NCBI GenBank assembly: GCA_964630795.1
Contig: CAZVWF010000004.1
Span: forward strand, 1,182-65,181
Direction of reading: 5' to 3'
DNA length: 64,000 nt
From: an uncultured Woeseia sp.
Lineage (GTDB): Bacteria; Pseudomonadota; Gammaproteobacteria; Steroidobacterales; Woeseiaceae
Shown here one piece after another: positions 28,287 to 37,469 of the stretch. Numbering within the stretch: the first letter of the stretch is position 1; every line of letters begins with the position of its first letter. Both the position numbers and the translations under genes were made by a program. Below the pieces are notes generated by a model. That model saw only the letters and a program-made list of their open reading frames with translations. It had not been told where the DNA came from and did not search any database.

Positions 28287-29243
28287 ATGAGAGCAAGCGC
28301 TGAGGCACATCCCAACATCGCCCTGGTCAAGTACTGGGGCAAGCGTGACCTCGCGCGCAATCTTCCGGCCGTCGGTTCGCTGTCGGTCACATTGGCCGAA
28401 CTCCGTACCCGGATGACCGTGGACTTCGACGCGTGCGACAGGGACACCCTGATGGTCAATGGCCAGGAGGCACCAGCGATGCTGAGCCGGGTGACATGTT
28501 GCCTGGACCTGGTGGCCGGCGCCGACAGGCCGTGCGCGACGGTAACCAGCGAAGGCAACTTCCCGATTGGCGCAGGGCTGGCCTCTTCTGCCTCCGCATT
28601 CGCTGCGCTGACGATGGCCACCAATGCAGCGGCCGGGACCGGCCACGATACGCTCGCACTCGCCAAAATAGCCGGCGCGGCCTCGGGTTCCGCGGCGCGC
28701 TCCTTGTATGGGGGTGTGGTCGAGCTCAGTGCAGGCGACGACGAAATCGGCCTGACCCAGCTTGCCGAAGCGGATGAGTGGCCGCTGCAGGTGATCGTCG
28801 CGATCACCGCTGAGGAAGAGAAGCCAGTGGGATCCGGTGCAGCCATGATTCGCAGCGCCGAAACGTCGCCTTTCTATGCAAGCTGGATCGAACGTCAGGA
28901 TGACGACCTGTCACTGGCGCGTGCCGCGGTCGCAGCAAAAGACTTTGTTGCGCTCGGCGAAGTAGCCGAGCACAACTGCCTCAAGATGCATTCGGTGATG
29001 TGGAGCAGCCGACCCCCGATCGTCTACTGGAACCAGGCGACGCTGGCCTGCATGGAATCGGTGCGCGCGCTCCGCGAAGACGGTCACCCTGCCTTTTTCA
29101 CGATTGACGCCGGACCGCAGGTCAAGGTGTTCTGCCTGCCGGACGCCGTCGATACTGTCGAGGCGGTGCTGCGCATGACACCCGGCGTGGTACGTACGCT
29201 GCGAACCGGTGTTGGCGACGGCGCCAGGTTGATTTCGAAATGA
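28287..29243 (+). CDS. mvaD: diphosphomevalonate decarboxylase
   Basis: HPNIALVKYWGKRD and the GHMP-type GLASSASAFAAL. The start is chosen at ATG 28287, giving the typical short N-terminus. The tracked GTG 28242 would include the TATAAT box. Confidence 0.88.
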   Translation: MRASAEAHPNIALVKYWGKRDLARNLPAVGSLSVTLAELRTRMTVDFDACDRDTLMVNGQEAPAMLSRVTCCLDLVAGADRPCATVTSEGNFPIGAGLASSASAFAALTMATNAAAGTGHDTLALAKIAGAASGSAARSLYGGVVELSAGDDEIGLTQLAEADEWPLQVIVAITAEEEKPVGSGAAMIRSAETSPFYASWIERQDDDLSLARAAVAAKDFVALGEVAEHNCLKMHSVMWSSRPPIVYWNQATLACMESVRALREDGHPAFFTIDAGPQVKVFCLPDAVDTVEAVLRMTPGVVRTLRTGVGDGARLISK

Positions 29244-30205
29244 CGGATGCGACGGCGCCTGGCAAGTTGATCCTGTCCGGCGAATACGCCGTGCTGCATG
29301 ATGCCCCGGCGATTGTCATGGCGGTCAATCGCCGGGCTCACGTATCTGTTGTCCCGCATGACGACTCGCATAGCGTGCTCGAGACTCCCGGTCTTGCGGA
29401 GGGCGCGTGGCATTTCGACGTCGATGACGACGGCACCCTGTGCTGGCTCGATGAAACGCAGGTGCCGGGCACCACCTTGTTGGAGGCTGTTGCGCTACAA
29501 ACCGATTTCCGGCTGATGTCGCCGGTCCGCGTAAACGTGGATACGCGGGGCTTTTTCGAGCGGACCGGCGGGCAGAAACTGGGATTGGGTTCGAGTGCCG
29601 CGGCCACAGTGGCATTGACAGCGGCATTGAGCGAATCACGTACAGACGAAGAGATTTGGCAGAAGGCGCGTCGCGCGCATGGCGAAATGCAGGGTGGCAG
29701 CGGCGTCGATATCGCGGCCAGTTGCTTCGGCGGCCTGCTTTGCTATCGACAATCTGCCGAGGCGGTGCCGGTCTCTCTCAATTGGCCTGCAGCACTCGTT
29801 TGTCGCGTCTATTTCAGCGGTGTATCCGCGAGCACGCCTGCGGCGATCGATCGGGTCAGGTCGGCGGGTGCTTCCCGGGATGCGCTCGTTGCCGCAGCCG
29901 ATGAAGCTGCCGCTGCATGGGAATCAGGAGAGTGTGCCGCGATTCTGGAGTCGGTTCAGGCTTTTACGAATCGATTGCGCGACTTCGACGAGGCCACGTC
30001 TGCAGGGATTTTTTCCGCCGGGCATGCCGAAATGTGTAAAGGGGGAGACCAGCTCGGCGTCGTTTACAAACCCAGCGGTGCGGGTGGCGGAGATTGCGGT
30101 GTAGCGTTGTCGACGGATACCGGGAAGCTCGATGCATTTGATCAGGTCGCGTCTTCCTGCGGTTTTGTATCGCTGGACATTGAACGCGACAATAGCGGCC
30201 TATGA
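29240..30205 (+). CDS. mvaK2: phosphomevalonate kinase (GHMP family)
   Basis: GKLILSGEYAVLHDAPAIV and KLGLGSSAAATVAL. There are 4-nt overlaps with both neighbouring genes. Confidence 0.75.
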   Translation: MTDATAPGKLILSGEYAVLHDAPAIVMAVNRRAHVSVVPHDDSHSVLETPGLAEGAWHFDVDDDGTLCWLDETQVPGTTLLEAVALQTDFRLMSPVRVNVDTRGFFERTGGQKLGLGSSAAATVALTAALSESRTDEEIWQKARRAHGEMQGGSGVDIAASCFGGLLCYRQSAEAVPVSLNWPAALVCRVYFSGVSASTPAAIDRVRSAGASRDALVAAADEAAAAWESGECAAILESVQAFTNRLRDFDEATSAGIFSAGHAEMCKGGDQLGVVYKPSGAGGGDCGVALSTDTGKLDAFDQVASSCGFVSLDIERDNSGL

Positions 30206-32424
30206 AGAGTTCGCGCATCAAGGGGCTGCATCGTCTGCCCATCGGGGATCGCATCGACACACTCAAGGGTCGTGGCTTCCTCGATCCGGAAAGTGCCAGG
30301 TTACTGGCCCGGGGAGAAGCGCTGCTGCCACAGCAGGTCGCAGACCGGATGATCGAGAATGTCATCGGCGTTTTTGGCCTGCCTTTCGGCATCGCACCCA
30401 ACTTCGTTGTCAACGAAAAGGACTACCTCGTGCCGATGGTGGTGGAAGAACCATCGATCGTCGCGGGTGCGAGTAGTGCCGCGAAGCTGGTGCGCGACAA
30501 CGACGGTTTCAAAGCGACGTCGATGGACCCGATGTTGATCGGCCAGGTGCAAATCGTTGGCATCGACGACCCGGACAAGGCCGTGCAGGATCTGTACGCG
30601 GAACAGTCCGGGCTGCTTGCGCTTGCGAACAGCTTGCACCCTCGACTCGTCGAGCGGGGGGGTGGCGCGCGTGAGGTCGAATACTTCAAGTATCGTTTGC
30701 CTGATGGCGACTGGACTGTCGTTTTGCACTTGCTGGTTGACACGCGCGCCGCGATGGGCGCGAACATTGTTAATACGATGTGCGAGGGCCTGGCAGCGCG
30801 CGTTGAGGAAATTTGCGGCGGCAAAGTCATATTGAGAATTCTTTCCAATCTCGCTGACAAGTCGCTCGTCACAGCAACGGCCGGCATCAGCCTGTCTTCG
30901 TTGGCCACGGACGACTACAGTGCCGAGTTCGTCCGTGATGGAATCGTGCTGGCGAATGATGTCTCGATCACCGACCCCTATCGGGCAGCGACCCACAACA
31001 AGGGCATTATGAACGGTATCGACGCCGTTGCGCTCGCGACCGGCAACGACTGGCGCGCGGTCGAAGCGGGGGCGCACGCATTCGCCTGCAGGGCAGGTGC
31101 ATATCGCTCACTGACCTCCTGGACGGTCGCACACAATGGTGATTTGCAGGGTGCACTGACCATTCCGTTGAAAGTCGGCATCGTCGGCGGCGCGCTGACA
31201 TCGAATCCGGGTGCTCGTGCGGGCTTGCAGATTACCGGCGTCGAGTCTGCGAAGGAACTTGGCGAGTTGATGGCGGCGGTGGGCCTTGCGCAAAATTTTG
31301 CGGCATTACGAGCGCTGGTCTCCACGGGGATTCAGCATGGTCACATGCGCCTGCATGCGCGCAGCGTAGCTGCCGCAGCCGATGTACCCGCTTCGACATT
31401 CGATTCCGTCGTCGAGACGATGATCGAAAGCGGCGATATCAAAACCTGGAAGGCTGAAGAACTTGCTGACGATTCCGCGGATTTCATTGACGAAACGGCC
31501 GCGACAGGGCGGGCTGCCGGAAAAGTCATTGTGCTGGGTGAACACGCAGCCGTTTATGACCGCAAGGCACTGGCGTTGCCAATTCACGATGCAGTCATGG
31601 TGCAGGTGTCGAAACGGGACGCCGGCGTCAGCCTGTCCATCCCGGGATGGCATATCCAGGACCGATGGGAAACCGGCAGCGAGATTCCCGGTGGTGCAGC
31701 TGCAGTAATCAATCTGATCATGACCGAGCTGGGCGTCGCCAATGATGGCTTCGATATCCATGCGCGATCACGAATTCCGATCGGTATGGGTCTGGGCTCC
31801 TCGGCGGCTTTTGCTGTGGCTGCGATTCGGGCGTTCGACGCATTACTCGGCACTGGCATGATCGATGCGCGTGTTGATCAGCTCGCATTCCAGTGTGAGG
31901 AGCTGACGCACGGGACACCATCGGGCGTCGACAACAACCTGGCGGTGTACGGTCAGCCCGTGCTTTTCTCGAAAGGCAGTCGTACCCGCACACGTTCCCT
32001 GCCGCTTGATAAAATCCCGCCCCTGGTTATTGCCTCAAGTGGTATGCGCGGCAGTACGCGTGACATGGTTGCCGGCGTTCGGGAGCGTTACGAGAAAAAC
32101 GAAGTGTTGTACAAAACGATATTCGATGAGATCGATGAAATCAGTGAGGCCGGTGCTACCGCACTGCGCGAAGAAGATTACGAACTGCTGGGTTCATTAA
32201 TGAATGTATGCCACGGATTTCTCAACGCGATTGAAGTGTCGACACCGGAACTGGAGACAATGATCCGGATCGCTCGCGATGCTGGCGCCAGCGGTGCAAA
32301 ACTGACGGGTGCCGGCGGCGGCGGGTCCATCGTTGCCCTCTGTCCTGGCAATGAAGATGCGGTCGCCGCGGCATTATCCGGCGCTGGCTACGAAATTATA
32401 AGAATGGAATCCCGCAAGGAATAG
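30202..32424 (+). CDS. bifunctional class II HMG-CoA reductase (about aa 1-425) / mevalonate kinase (about aa 436-740) fusion
   Basis: N-terminal half: ENVIGVFGLPFGIAPNF, EEPSIVAG, AMGANIVN, HNKG, GND, GIQHGHM (class II HMGR catalytic Glu/Lys/Asp/His segments). C-terminal half: GKVIVLGEHAAVY, PIGMGLGSSAAFAVA, KLTGAGGGGSIVAL (GHMP mevalonate kinase). It is a single uninterrupted ORF. Confidence 0.85.
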   Translation: MKSSRIKGLHRLPIGDRIDTLKGRGFLDPESARLLARGEALLPQQVADRMIENVIGVFGLPFGIAPNFVVNEKDYLVPMVVEEPSIVAGASSAAKLVRDNDGFKATSMDPMLIGQVQIVGIDDPDKAVQDLYAEQSGLLALANSLHPRLVERGGGAREVEYFKYRLPDGDWTVVLHLLVDTRAAMGANIVNTMCEGLAARVEEICGGKVILRILSNLADKSLVTATAGISLSSLATDDYSAEFVRDGIVLANDVSITDPYRAATHNKGIMNGIDAVALATGNDWRAVEAGAHAFACRAGAYRSLTSWTVAHNGDLQGALTIPLKVGIVGGALTSNPGARAGLQITGVESAKELGELMAAVGLAQNFAALRALVSTGIQHGHMRLHARSVAAAADVPASTFDSVVETMIESGDIKTWKAEELADDSADFIDETAATGRAAGKVIVLGEHAAVYDRKALALPIHDAVMVQVSKRDAGVSLSIPGWHIQDRWETGSEIPGGAAAVINLIMTELGVANDGFDIHARSRIPIGMGLGSSAAFAVAAIRAFDALLGTGMIDARVDQLAFQCEELTHGTPSGVDNNLAVYGQPVLFSKGSRTRTRSLPLDKIPPLVIASSGMRGSTRDMVAGVRERYEKNEVLYKTIFDEIDEISEAGATALREEDYELLGSLMNVCHGFLNAIEVSTPELETMIRIARDAGASGAKLTGAGGGGSIVALCPGNEDAVAAALSGAGYEIIRMESRKE

Positions 32425-32425
32425 C

Positions 32426-33004
32426 GTGACAAGTACGACTTCAAGAATCGTCTCATCGGAAGACGAGTCATTAATCCTGGTAGACGCCGACGACCGGCAA
32501 ACCGGTCGACTGGACAAAGCCGAATGCCATAATGGCGACGGCATACTTCATCGTGCCTTTTCGATCTTTCTGTTCGACGATCAGGGAAATCTGCTGTTGC
32601 AGAAGAGAGCTCGCGGCAAACGCCTGTGGCCGGGTTACTGGTCGAACAGTTGCTGCAGCCATCCGCGCGACGGTGAAACGCTGGACGTCGCTGTTGAGCG
32701 CCGGCTTGAGGACGAGTTGCACACAGGCAGCGACCTGCAATTCGTTTACAAGTTTATCTACCAGGCCAACTTCGGTGATATCGGCGCCGAGAACGAACTG
32801 TGCCATGTGTTCCTCGGCCGGGTCACTGGTGAGCCTTCAGCCAACGACACGGAGATAGAGGCGGTGCGATACCTGTCGGCGGCAGAACTGGAGCGTGAAT
32901 TTGAAGCGTCGCCGGATGCTTTTACACCGTGGTTCAAAATGGAATGGCAGCGCCTGAAAGAGGCGCACGGTGAACTGTTGGCAACCTATACGAAAGCCGG
33001 CTAA
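32426..33004 (+). CDS. idi: isopentenyl-diphosphate delta-isomerase, type 1
   Basis: Nudix-fold IDI signature LHRAFSIFLF...WPGYWSNSCCSHP. GTG start 1 nt after the upstream stop. Confidence 0.85.
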   Translation: MTSTTSRIVSSEDESLILVDADDRQTGRLDKAECHNGDGILHRAFSIFLFDDQGNLLLQKRARGKRLWPGYWSNSCCSHPRDGETLDVAVERRLEDELHTGSDLQFVYKFIYQANFGDIGAENELCHVFLGRVTGEPSANDTEIEAVRYLSAAELEREFEASPDAFTPWFKMEWQRLKEAHGELLATYTKAG

Positions 33005-34473
33005 CTGACGTAGCGATAATATTCGATACCGACGTCCTGGAACTGTCGTTCATCGCTTTGGCCGACCTTGTCGATGACAAACTCCTGCCGTGGCAGATAG
33101 CCGAGGTTGGTTGCGTGTCGCCCGGCATGCAGGGCGGAGTACTGCGCCTCGTCGATATCGACGGCAAACTCCATCGCCTTCCCGAAGCCGATCTTTGCCG
33201 TTGCTTCACGCCAGTTCCGGGCTACCGTGAACGGAATAACTTCCGCCGCGTCGCCGCTGCCATACCCCAGGGTCAGTAATTCTTCGCCCGTAAAGTCACG
33301 GTCTTCATCCAGCGCCTGCTCGAAGCCGGCAGCGATCCAGGCGGGCAATGCTGCTGTGTACAGGTTGCCGAGATCCAGCATCGTGTCACTGCCCAGCGCC
33401 AGTTTGTCGAGGATCTCGCGACGGTAGCGTCTTGCGGCGCGGAAAATACGGAATACGGCCATCGTCAGTGGATAGGCTTCGAAATTCAGTCGCTCGGGAT
33501 CGGCCAGTGCCGCGATCTCCGGCTTGCTGCTCATTTCGGCAAGCAATGCGTCAGGCTCGAAGCCGGCCTCATAACAATAGGACGCGAGCTCTGCCCGGTC
33601 TGCCGGCGAGCCACTGCCCAGGGCGAACAGGTAGGCGATTGCATAGCCGGTCTCCGGCATTCGCCGATAGGGCCGATGCATGAATATGGTTTTCAGTGAA
33701 CGCAGATACTCGGCTGCGTCGAGTCCACGCTTCTCATACATGTCGTTCAGCGCGTGCAGTGTCTCGTCGATGTAACAGGTGGTCGAGTACTTGCCATTGA
33801 AAACGGGAAAGTCCCGCACCTGGTGACTTTCTGTCCGGTCCTGGTCACAAAAACGCAACATGGGCTTTCGAAAGTCCATGATGCGGTAATCGGATGCAGA
33901 GCCGGAATTTACCAGTTCGACCTCGACAAGCGCGGGGTCTTCCTCCAGCAGCATGGCGACAGCGCCGGCGCCCTGGGTCGGTTCCCCACTCGAGCCACGC
34001 GCGTATTCGGCGATGTCTGCGCAGACGACGATGGCCAGGCCCCCGGCACCGTCCAGGGCAAGATGGCGGATCGCGCTCTTCATGCCATACACCCCGCCCA
34101 GGCAGGCATGTTTGAATTCGGGCACTTCGCAGCTGCGTGCAATAGGTGGTTTGCCCTGCGCAATCAACGCCTGGTCCACCATGCCTTTGACGATGATGGC
34201 ACCGGCTGAATTGTCGGTGCTGGATTCCGTCCCGAGGCCCAGGAACTTCACCCGCCCCGGGTCGATGTCGTACTGATCGATCAGCCGCATGACCGCGGTC
34301 GCAGCCATCGTGTAGACGCTTTGATCGGGACCGCGAACGCGGAAGCTTCGGCCGACAACCTCACGGATCTTCGGCCACTGGTTGTCACTCCACTGGCACC
34401 AGTCCTCCAGCCACACGCGATACGGCGGTATATAGGCTGCGAGGCCGCTTATTCCTATGCGTTTCTTGTCCAT
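33001..34473 (-). CDS. mvaS: hydroxymethylglutaryl-CoA synthase family protein
   Basis: Thiolase-like condensing-enzyme fold of 490 aa (GLGTESSTDNSAG..., ...KHACLGGVYG...). It is convergent with idi with a 4-nt overlap. Confidence 0.75.
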   Translation of the reverse strand: MDKKRIGISGLAAYIPPYRVWLEDWCQWSDNQWPKIREVVGRSFRVRGPDQSVYTMAATAVMRLIDQYDIDPGRVKFLGLGTESSTDNSAGAIIVKGMVDQALIAQGKPPIARSCEVPEFKHACLGGVYGMKSAIRHLALDGAGGLAIVVCADIAEYARGSSGEPTQGAGAVAMLLEEDPALVEVELVNSGSASDYRIMDFRKPMLRFCDQDRTESHQVRDFPVFNGKYSTTCYIDETLHALNDMYEKRGLDAAEYLRSLKTIFMHRPYRRMPETGYAIAYLFALGSGSPADRAELASYCYEAGFEPDALLAEMSSKPEIAALADPERLNFEAYPLTMAVFRIFRAARRYRREILDKLALGSDTMLDLGNLYTAALPAWIAAGFEQALDEDRDFTGEELLTLGYGSGDAAEVIPFTVARNWREATAKIGFGKAMEFAVDIDEAQYSALHAGRHATNLGYLPRQEFVIDKVGQSDERQFQDVGIEYYRYVS

Positions 34474-34801
34474 TTTCGGCAGTCGAAGAATCTCGTGATT
34501 GTGGCCGGGATTTGGCTGGCGAGCAAATTTTAGTGGTAGTGGCCCCTGCGCTCAAGGCCGATAGACCGCACCCCGCCAGGGTAGTTAACTATTTTCGTAT
34601 CGCTGTCGAACAGGTAAAGGGCAAATCGCGCGGCCGGCCCCGATGATCGTCGTCCGCGGTGCACGTGCCGACACTAACAATACCGGGCAGCTTGAGCATT
34701 TCCTCGACAGGCTGTGCCAGTCAGGCATCCAGCGCCTCAATGATTGCGCGATCGACGTGATGTGTGACGGCATAGGCTGTTTCGAAGTGATGCTGCTCAG
34801 G

Positions 34802-37360
34802 CTATTTCCTGGCTTTGCTTTTCTTCTTGCGCGTCTTCTTCTTTGTCTTCGCGGCTTTTTTCCGCGAGGCCGGTGTTCTCGGTCTGGTGACTTCCGCAGC
34901 AGCAGTCCCTGATGCACCGGTGCGGCAAACCATCTCGTCCGGGGCAAAGTCGTCGACCGACATCAGGAACTGCACCTTCTCATGGTAGTCCCTGAGTGCT
35001 GCCGCTTCCGGCTTGCTGATGATTTCGGCACGCTCGGCTTCGTCAATCTGGTGACCCAGGTATTCTGACTTGATGAGGCCTTCACGGCGCGCCTGCTTGA
35101 GTTTCTTCTCCAGTGGGAGGTGCTTTTCCGAGAGCTCCAGCGCTTCCTGCAGCTGGCCAAGCGGGCTGCCCGGCTCGCAGGCCTTGAATGCCTGCTCGCT
35201 CAGGCGCTCGCGGGCTTCGCCGGTCTCCGTGATCAGGGCAACGAGTTTCCTGCCGAGTTCATCGGAGGGCGATGAATAGGTTCTTCCGCGCGGGAAGATG
35301 ATGCACCGCAACAGGAATGCTACAGGTCGATTTGGGAAGTTGCGGAGGAAACTGTGCAGTTGTTCCTGAGCGTTATACATGAGCATCCGCACAGACCATT
35401 CAACGAGCGGAATGTCAGTCGCGCGTCGCCCCTGGTTTTCGAAATGCTTGAGCACCGCAGACGCGAGGTACATCGAGCTCAGGACATCGCCAAGCCGGGC
35501 GGAGAGAAGCTCCTTGATTTTGAGTTTGCCGCCCAGGGTCAGCATCGCGAAGTCCGTGGTCAATGCGAATGCCGCGCTGTACCGATTGACGTTCTGGTAG
35601 TACCGGCGCGTTGGGGTATTCAATGGCACGTCGGAAAACTTGGCGTGTGTCAGGGCGAGGAAGAATGCGCGCGCTGCGTTGCTGATGGCATAGCCGATAT
35701 GCGAGAAGAGCGCATCATCGAACTCCATCAGGCCGCGTTCCGTATCCGGGTCATCGGCTGCCTGTAATTCCCTGAGGACATACGGGTGACACCGTATTGC
35801 ACCCTGCCCGAAAATGATCAGGCTGCGCGTAAGAATATTGGCGCCTTCCACGGTGATCGCAATCGGCGTCGCCATGTAGGTTCGGCCGCAGTAGTTGTTC
35901 GGGCCCATCATGATGGCTTTGCCGCCATGCACATCCATCGAGTCATTGGCGACCTTGCGACCCAGTTCGGTGCAGTGGTACTTCAAAATGGCAGACGGGA
36001 CCGCCGGCTTTTCTCCCTGGTCGATCGCGCCTGAGGTGACCGAAATCGCCGCGTTCATAATATAGGTGTGTCCGGCAATTCTCGCGAGCGCTTCGCCAAC
36101 GCCTTCAAACTGCGCAACCGGCAAGCCGAATTGCCGGCGCAGCTGCGTGTACGCGCCGGCGGAGTAGGCTGCAGCCTGCCCACCACCGGCAGCCGTCGAC
36201 GGTAGTGTGATGGCCCGGCCAACGGACAGCAGCTCGACCAGCATTTTCCAGCCTTTGCCGGCCATCTTTTCGCCGCCAATGATGAAGTCGAGGGGCACGA
36301 ACACGTCGGTGCCGGAAGTCGGCCCGTTCTGGAAGGAAATACTGAGCGGGTTGTGTCGGCGGCCGATCTCGATGCCTGGCAGGTCTGTTGGAATAAGCGC
36401 CGCCGTGATGCCGTATTCATCTTTATCACCGATCATGTGATCGGGGTCATACAGTTTGAAGGCGAGCCCGAGCACGGTCGCGACCGGTGCAAGCGTTATG
36501 TAACGCTTTTCCCAGTTGAGTTTGATACCGACGATTTGTTTGCCTTCGAATGAGCCTTTGCAAACCACGCCGCTGTCGATCAACGCGGCGGCATCCGAGC
36601 CTGCCTGCGGCGATGTCAGCGCGAAGCAGGGAATTTCGTCTCCCGAGGCAAGTCCGGGTAGCCAGTGATCTTTTTGTTCTTCCGTGCCGTAATGCAGCAG
36701 GAGCTCGGCCGGCCCCAGCGAGTTCGGGACACCCACCGTGGAAGACGCGGTTGAGTTTCGGCTGGCCAGTTTCGCGATGACCATCGCGTTGGCATGGGCC
36801 GAAAACTCGATGCCGCCGTACTTTTTGGGAATGATCATGGCGAAGAACTTGTGCTTTTTCATGAATTCCCACACGTCGGGTGGCAAATCACCGCGCACGT
36901 GCGAGATATCCCAGTCATCCAGCATCGAGCAGAGTGCTTCGCAGGGCCCGTCGAGGAATGCCTGTTCCTCGTCCGACAACGCGGGTGCCGGGAAGGACAT
37001 GAGTTTGTCCCATTGCGGCATGCCGGAAAACAGCTCGCCGTCCCACCAGGTATTGCCGGCTTCCAGCGCCTCCTTCTCAGTGTCAGACATCGACGGCAGC
37101 ATGGTCCGGTAGATGTCCAGCGCCGGGCGTGTAATCTTTTCCCGGCGGAATTCGAGGAGGTTGGGCACGACCAGCGCGCCGAACGCAATAATCAACACCA
37201 GCGCCCAGAGCGGATGCCAGTCCCCGTATAAAAGGTAGGCGACCAGGATGGCGCCCATCGTGGCCGTCGACGAAAGCAGGCTGACCCGGTTATAGGCCAG
37301 GTAAATTGCGCCGCCCGTGAAAAGCAGGAACCAGGCGAGGCTTATCAGAAATTCGGACAC
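34802..37360 (-). CDS. fadE: large acyl-CoA dehydrogenase FadE with C-terminal polybasic tail
   Basis: N-terminal membrane segment plus the ...SDTEKEALEAGNTWWDGELFSG... region resemble E. coli FadE. GTG 37360 is preceded by GAGGA. The last roughly 25 aa are Lys/Arg-rich (RKKAAKTKKKTRKKKSKARK). Confidence 0.85.
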   Translation of the reverse strand: MSEFLISLAWFLLFTGGAIYLAYNRVSLLSSTATMGAILVAYLLYGDWHPLWALVLIIAFGALVVPNLLEFRREKITRPALDIYRTMLPSMSDTEKEALEAGNTWWDGELFSGMPQWDKLMSFPAPALSDEEQAFLDGPCEALCSMLDDWDISHVRGDLPPDVWEFMKKHKFFAMIIPKKYGGIEFSAHANAMVIAKLASRNSTASSTVGVPNSLGPAELLLHYGTEEQKDHWLPGLASGDEIPCFALTSPQAGSDAAALIDSGVVCKGSFEGKQIVGIKLNWEKRYITLAPVATVLGLAFKLYDPDHMIGDKDEYGITAALIPTDLPGIEIGRRHNPLSISFQNGPTSGTDVFVPLDFIIGGEKMAGKGWKMLVELLSVGRAITLPSTAAGGGQAAAYSAGAYTQLRRQFGLPVAQFEGVGEALARIAGHTYIMNAAISVTSGAIDQGEKPAVPSAILKYHCTELGRKVANDSMDVHGGKAIMMGPNNYCGRTYMATPIAITVEGANILTRSLIIFGQGAIRCHPYVLRELQAADDPDTERGLMEFDDALFSHIGYAISNAARAFFLALTHAKFSDVPLNTPTRRYYQNVNRYSAAFALTTDFAMLTLGGKLKIKELLSARLGDVLSSMYLASAVLKHFENQGRRATDIPLVEWSVRMLMYNAQEQLHSFLRNFPNRPVAFLLRCIIFPRGRTYSSPSDELGRKLVALITETGEARERLSEQAFKACEPGSPLGQLQEALELSEKHLPLEKKLKQARREGLIKSEYLGHQIDEAERAEIISKPEAAALRDYHEKVQFLMSVDDFAPDEMVCRTGASGTAAAEVTRPRTPASRKKAAKTKKKTRKKKSKARK

Positions 37361-37469
37361 CGGAAATTCCTCAACAATGCGGCAGGACCGAAGGCCTGAT
37401 CCGCAGGCTAACACCCGTCAGGACATCGTGCCAGATCAGGGCGAAATCACCCTTGATCTGATCCTCACG

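Noticed and set aside
34677-34700. A 24-nt segment, ACAATACCGGGCAGCTTGAGCATT, resembling 45968-45991 (ACATAACCGGGCAGCTTGGGCATT). Both copies lie about 210 bp upstream of a minus-strand gene start.
   Set aside because: The match is 21 of 24 positions. My rough estimate is that about one such match is expected by chance in 64 kb on two strands. The spacing does not fit a sigma54 -24/-12 promoter.
37361-37469. Imperfect hairpins downstream of mdh and upstream of fadE (for example CAGATCAAGGG...CCCTGATCTG).
   Set aside because: The stems are bulged and have no U-tract. They are probably a weak terminator or a promoter-occluding structure, and I judged them not distinctive enough to call.
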